DNA of 64,000 bases. Source: Phaeosaccion multiseriatum (Eukaryota; Protista; Ochrophyta, other classes). Both the position numbers and the translations under genes were made by a program. Of this stretch, positions 61,301 through 64,000 are shown in pieces. The notes below the pieces were generated by a model. It saw only the letters and a program-made list of their open reading frames with translations, searched no databases and was not told where the DNA came from. The stretch is from NCBI GenBank assembly GCA_965112735.1, contig OZ218958.1, positions 2,728,001 to 2,792,000 of the forward strand, read 5' to 3'. The number at the start of each line of letters is the position of its first letter. Position 1 is the stretch's first letter.

Positions 61301-62154
61301 TGTGGCCTGCGGGGACGGCGGATCCCGGAGATGTCATCATTGAGTCAGTGGAAGTCTACGTAGCCGGGACGGATGACGAGAGAAGGCTAGATGGGAAGGC
61401 TGCGGATGGAAGGCTAGATGAGAGGCGGAATGAGACTGCCACTAGTGGCTGCTGGTTGGAACGAAGGAATAAGCAAGAACAACAAGAACAAGAGCGACAA
61501 CAAGAACAAGAACACCGCCGCCGCCGCGATACTCACGAGGGATGGCAGTCAAGGGCGGCGGAAGAGGGAGCGACTGTATCACTACCCGGTCCCTGCAGGT
61601 GGGGGAAGGCGTCGTCAGAGGTCCGTATGTCACTTGCACATCCGGGTCGGGCTCTGTCTTCCACAACTGGCGACGCCAAAGTGACGGCAGTGGTGCAGGG
61701 CTTCGCCAGCTACGCAGAGAGCACTGCCATGGTGGACAATCTCGAGGGCGCCATTGCCGATGGATCCTTCCTGACCGACTTTCGTAGCTACAGCGCCGAG
61801 TTTGGGGTCGGGACTGAAGACATTACATCTACTGCCGTTGCACTTCTGGCGTGGGCCGTCAATGGCGAGGCGGCGCCGTCGGTCCCTAACGATTGGAGTA
61901 CTCTCATCCTCATTGCCATTATTGGAGGTACGCTGATAGCCTTCCTCTGCGGCTGCGGTGGTGCCGCGTACTGCGTTGTGTTGCCCCGCCTCGAAAGAGA
62001 CGGCGGCGCGCGCAAAAGCCTGGAAATTTACAAGAAGCGCCGGGCCTTACGCGGCAAGAAGATTTACGTCGAGGACCCCTTCTATGGCAAGCTCCAGCTA
62101 AACGCCGATAGCAGAATGATAAGCCCCGAAGAAGAATCGGAGAGTCTCTTTTGA
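55351..62154 (+). CDS. Type-I membrane protein: RCC1/BLIP-II beta-propeller repeats, (PTAA)n mucin-like stalk, C-terminal TM helix; many small exons; start codon not firmly identified
   Basis: Repeated CAxxxxxxxxCWGxNxxGQLG / DLGxGRTAxAi blades across exons from 55351 to 59752, including a 25-nt micro-exon at 56351-56375. 12-bp ccaacagcagc(c/t) array at 60049-60590. TM helix WSTLILIAIIGGTLIAFLCGCGGAAYCVVL, followed by a basic tail. Confidence 0.85.
59325..59580. repeat. Intronic (ACTC)n microsatellite
   Basis: Directly visible. Confidence 0.9.
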
Positions 62155-63484
62155 CCTTCGCGAGGGGAATGGCTTGGTGGGCGGAGCTTGGGTTTCCGGG
62201 GCCGGGGCTCTATTTACTGGAGTATACGACAAGTTCAGAGACGTACTGCTGCTGCTGCTGCTGCTGTAGCTGCTGCTGTACGAGCGGGGCTCCGCCGTTC
62301 CCCAAGGAGCGTAGCCTACGGGGCCACAGCATGAGGGGGAGATAAGGAGAGGGGCCCGTATATTTGGTGGAGCAGTTGCTGATACAGCATGCAGCGGTGG
62401 CACTCGACGGCTCTCACTCGACAAGAAGAGGGCGACGCGCGCTTTGTGAACTTGCTTTGGAAGGAGACTTTCAAGCAGGCATGCGGCAGAGCACAAGCTA
62501 CACCCAGACACCGAGCTCTCTGAGGAGAGTAGGAGGGTGTGCCGACAACACCTCCTCCCACCTGTCGTGTTACCACTTCCCGCACAATACTCCAACACAC
62601 ATTGCCCCCGCACTGCCCCCCTGAAGAGGAGCACTGCGCTCGGTACCGTGTAGTGGTGTGGCATGGGAGAGGAAACAAGAAGGCATCGGCGGTATCGCTC
62701 GACGACACACCTTTTCCCTTCGAAGAAGAAGAAGCTTGCTTGTGTGAGGTCGAAGGCTTCACAAGCGACTTCAGCCCTCCGCCCTACTCCGCCATCATGG
62801 CTGTGATGACTCCTGCTCAGAGACGAGGGAGGCGACAAGGGGGGGGGGAACTATAGCGCGACAAGCAAGACGCTGGTCTGCTCATCCCAAGTATCTACGG
62901 TGCGGATGAGTTGCCCCTCTCGCCGGAGCACGCACTGGTTGCTTGCCTTCTCGAGACGGCTCATGAAGCGTCTGAAGCGACGGAGGAGGAGGAGGGGGCA
63001 ACAGGAAGGCCCGGGAATAATATGGACACACCGGCCCCAAGGCTTGCTTGGCGCAGTTTTCTTCGTCACGAGAAGCTCATCCTTCTCCTCGCTCCCCCTC
63101 CTTCCCATCTTTTCTTACACACACACTCTCTCTCTCGGTGTGTGAAAGAAGTTTTGTGTAGAAAAATGCTTGCTTGTACAGGTGGTAATCCGTGGGCGAT
63201 GCCCTTTCAGCCTTCCTGCTGTACCCTGTACATGAAGGAATGAATTACTTTGTCTAAGCATTAAGGCTTATATTATATGGGCATCGAAAGCTCCACAAAC
63301 CCGATTGGCACAGATTCCTCCCCCTTGCCTCTCCCTCCTACCTCGTCCACCGATCCGCCCCCCCCCCCCTACTCTTTACTTTCATCGCATCTCCTTCGTC
63401 ACGCTTGCTCTCGCACGTCTCACCCTGTCTCACTCTGCATGCCACACAAGGCCTGCGGCCCCTCCAGCCAGCTGCGAAGATTGA

Positions 63485-64000
63485 CTACTCTTCTTGCCAG
63501 ACGTCATACTTCAGATCGGTCCTTCGCATGGGGTCCAGCACACTTTGAGATCGGAAGAAGGCTGCTGCCGCCTCCCGGAGTCGCTGGCCGATCTCGGGGG
63601 CCATCTCATTGCGTCTTGCTCCCGCCAGGGCCTTGTCCACTGAGGCATCGGCCTTGAGGAGCTGCAGCGCAGTACCGTGTTGGCTCGAGTAGACGGCGGC
63701 AAGTAGGGGGCTCACGCCGCCATTGGACGTCGTATCGATAGGGGATCCCTCAGAGATGAGACGGGTAACGACTGCCTCGTGCCCATGCTCTGCAGCAAAG
63801 TGAAGAGCAATTGCACCATCGGTGTTCTGCATCTCCACCTTTGCTCCCGCAGAGAGAAGCCGCTCCACCACGGCGTCGTGACCTTCTTGAGCAGCAACAT
63901 GCAGAGCAGTAAAGCCACGAGTGCTGCACGCACCCACATCAGCTCCGGCTGAGAGGAGCTTCTCCGCCACAGCGAAGTGTCCGTATTTTGCAGCCGCGAT
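63485..64000 (-). CDS. Ankyrin-repeat protein (3' part; 5' beyond window), paralogue of 22677-23978
   Basis: GFTALHVAAQEGHDAVVERLLSAGA etc. The C-terminal cap GTALQLLKADASVDKAL...QRLREAAAA matches GTAVQLVAAGASLDNAL...QRLRAAAAA. Confidence 0.85.
   Translation of the reverse strand: MAAAKYGHFAVAEKLLSAGADVGACSTRGFTALHVAAQEGHDAVVERLLSAGAKVEMQNTDGAIALHFAAEHGHEAVVTRLISEGSPIDTTSNGGVSPLLAAVYSSQHGTALQLLKADASVDKALAGARRNEMAPEIGQRLREAAAAFFRSQSVLDPMRRTDLKYDVWQEE

Overview
Eukaryotic nuclear DNA: GC-rich, intron-rich, with canonical GT-AG introns packed with microsatellites. The gene content resembles a stramenopile alga or protist (inference). Spliced genes: a CPA1 Na+/H+ antiporter running off the left edge, a secreted Cys-rich repeat protein, a MYST acetyltransferase with a Tudor-knot, an N-myristoylated FHA/RING-CH E3-ligase-like protein, two long low-complexity hypothetical proteins arranged head-to-head, and a type-I membrane RCC1/BLIP-II repeat protein. 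Between them lies an accessory layer. It includes a single-exon F-box-like/FNIP-repeat gene whose nine 123-bp units are near-identical except at hypervariable codons, plus a decayed relative. It also includes three ankyrin-repeat paralogues (one a pseudogene) and a Ty1/copia remnant holding a cluster of four long inverted repeats. A 1.4-kb non-autonomous TIR transposon with a 7-bp TSD surrounds a (GGGA)n tract, and a 15-bp motif recurs in coding exons in several frames and on both strands. Exon coordinates were read by eye and are approximate. No database searches were run.
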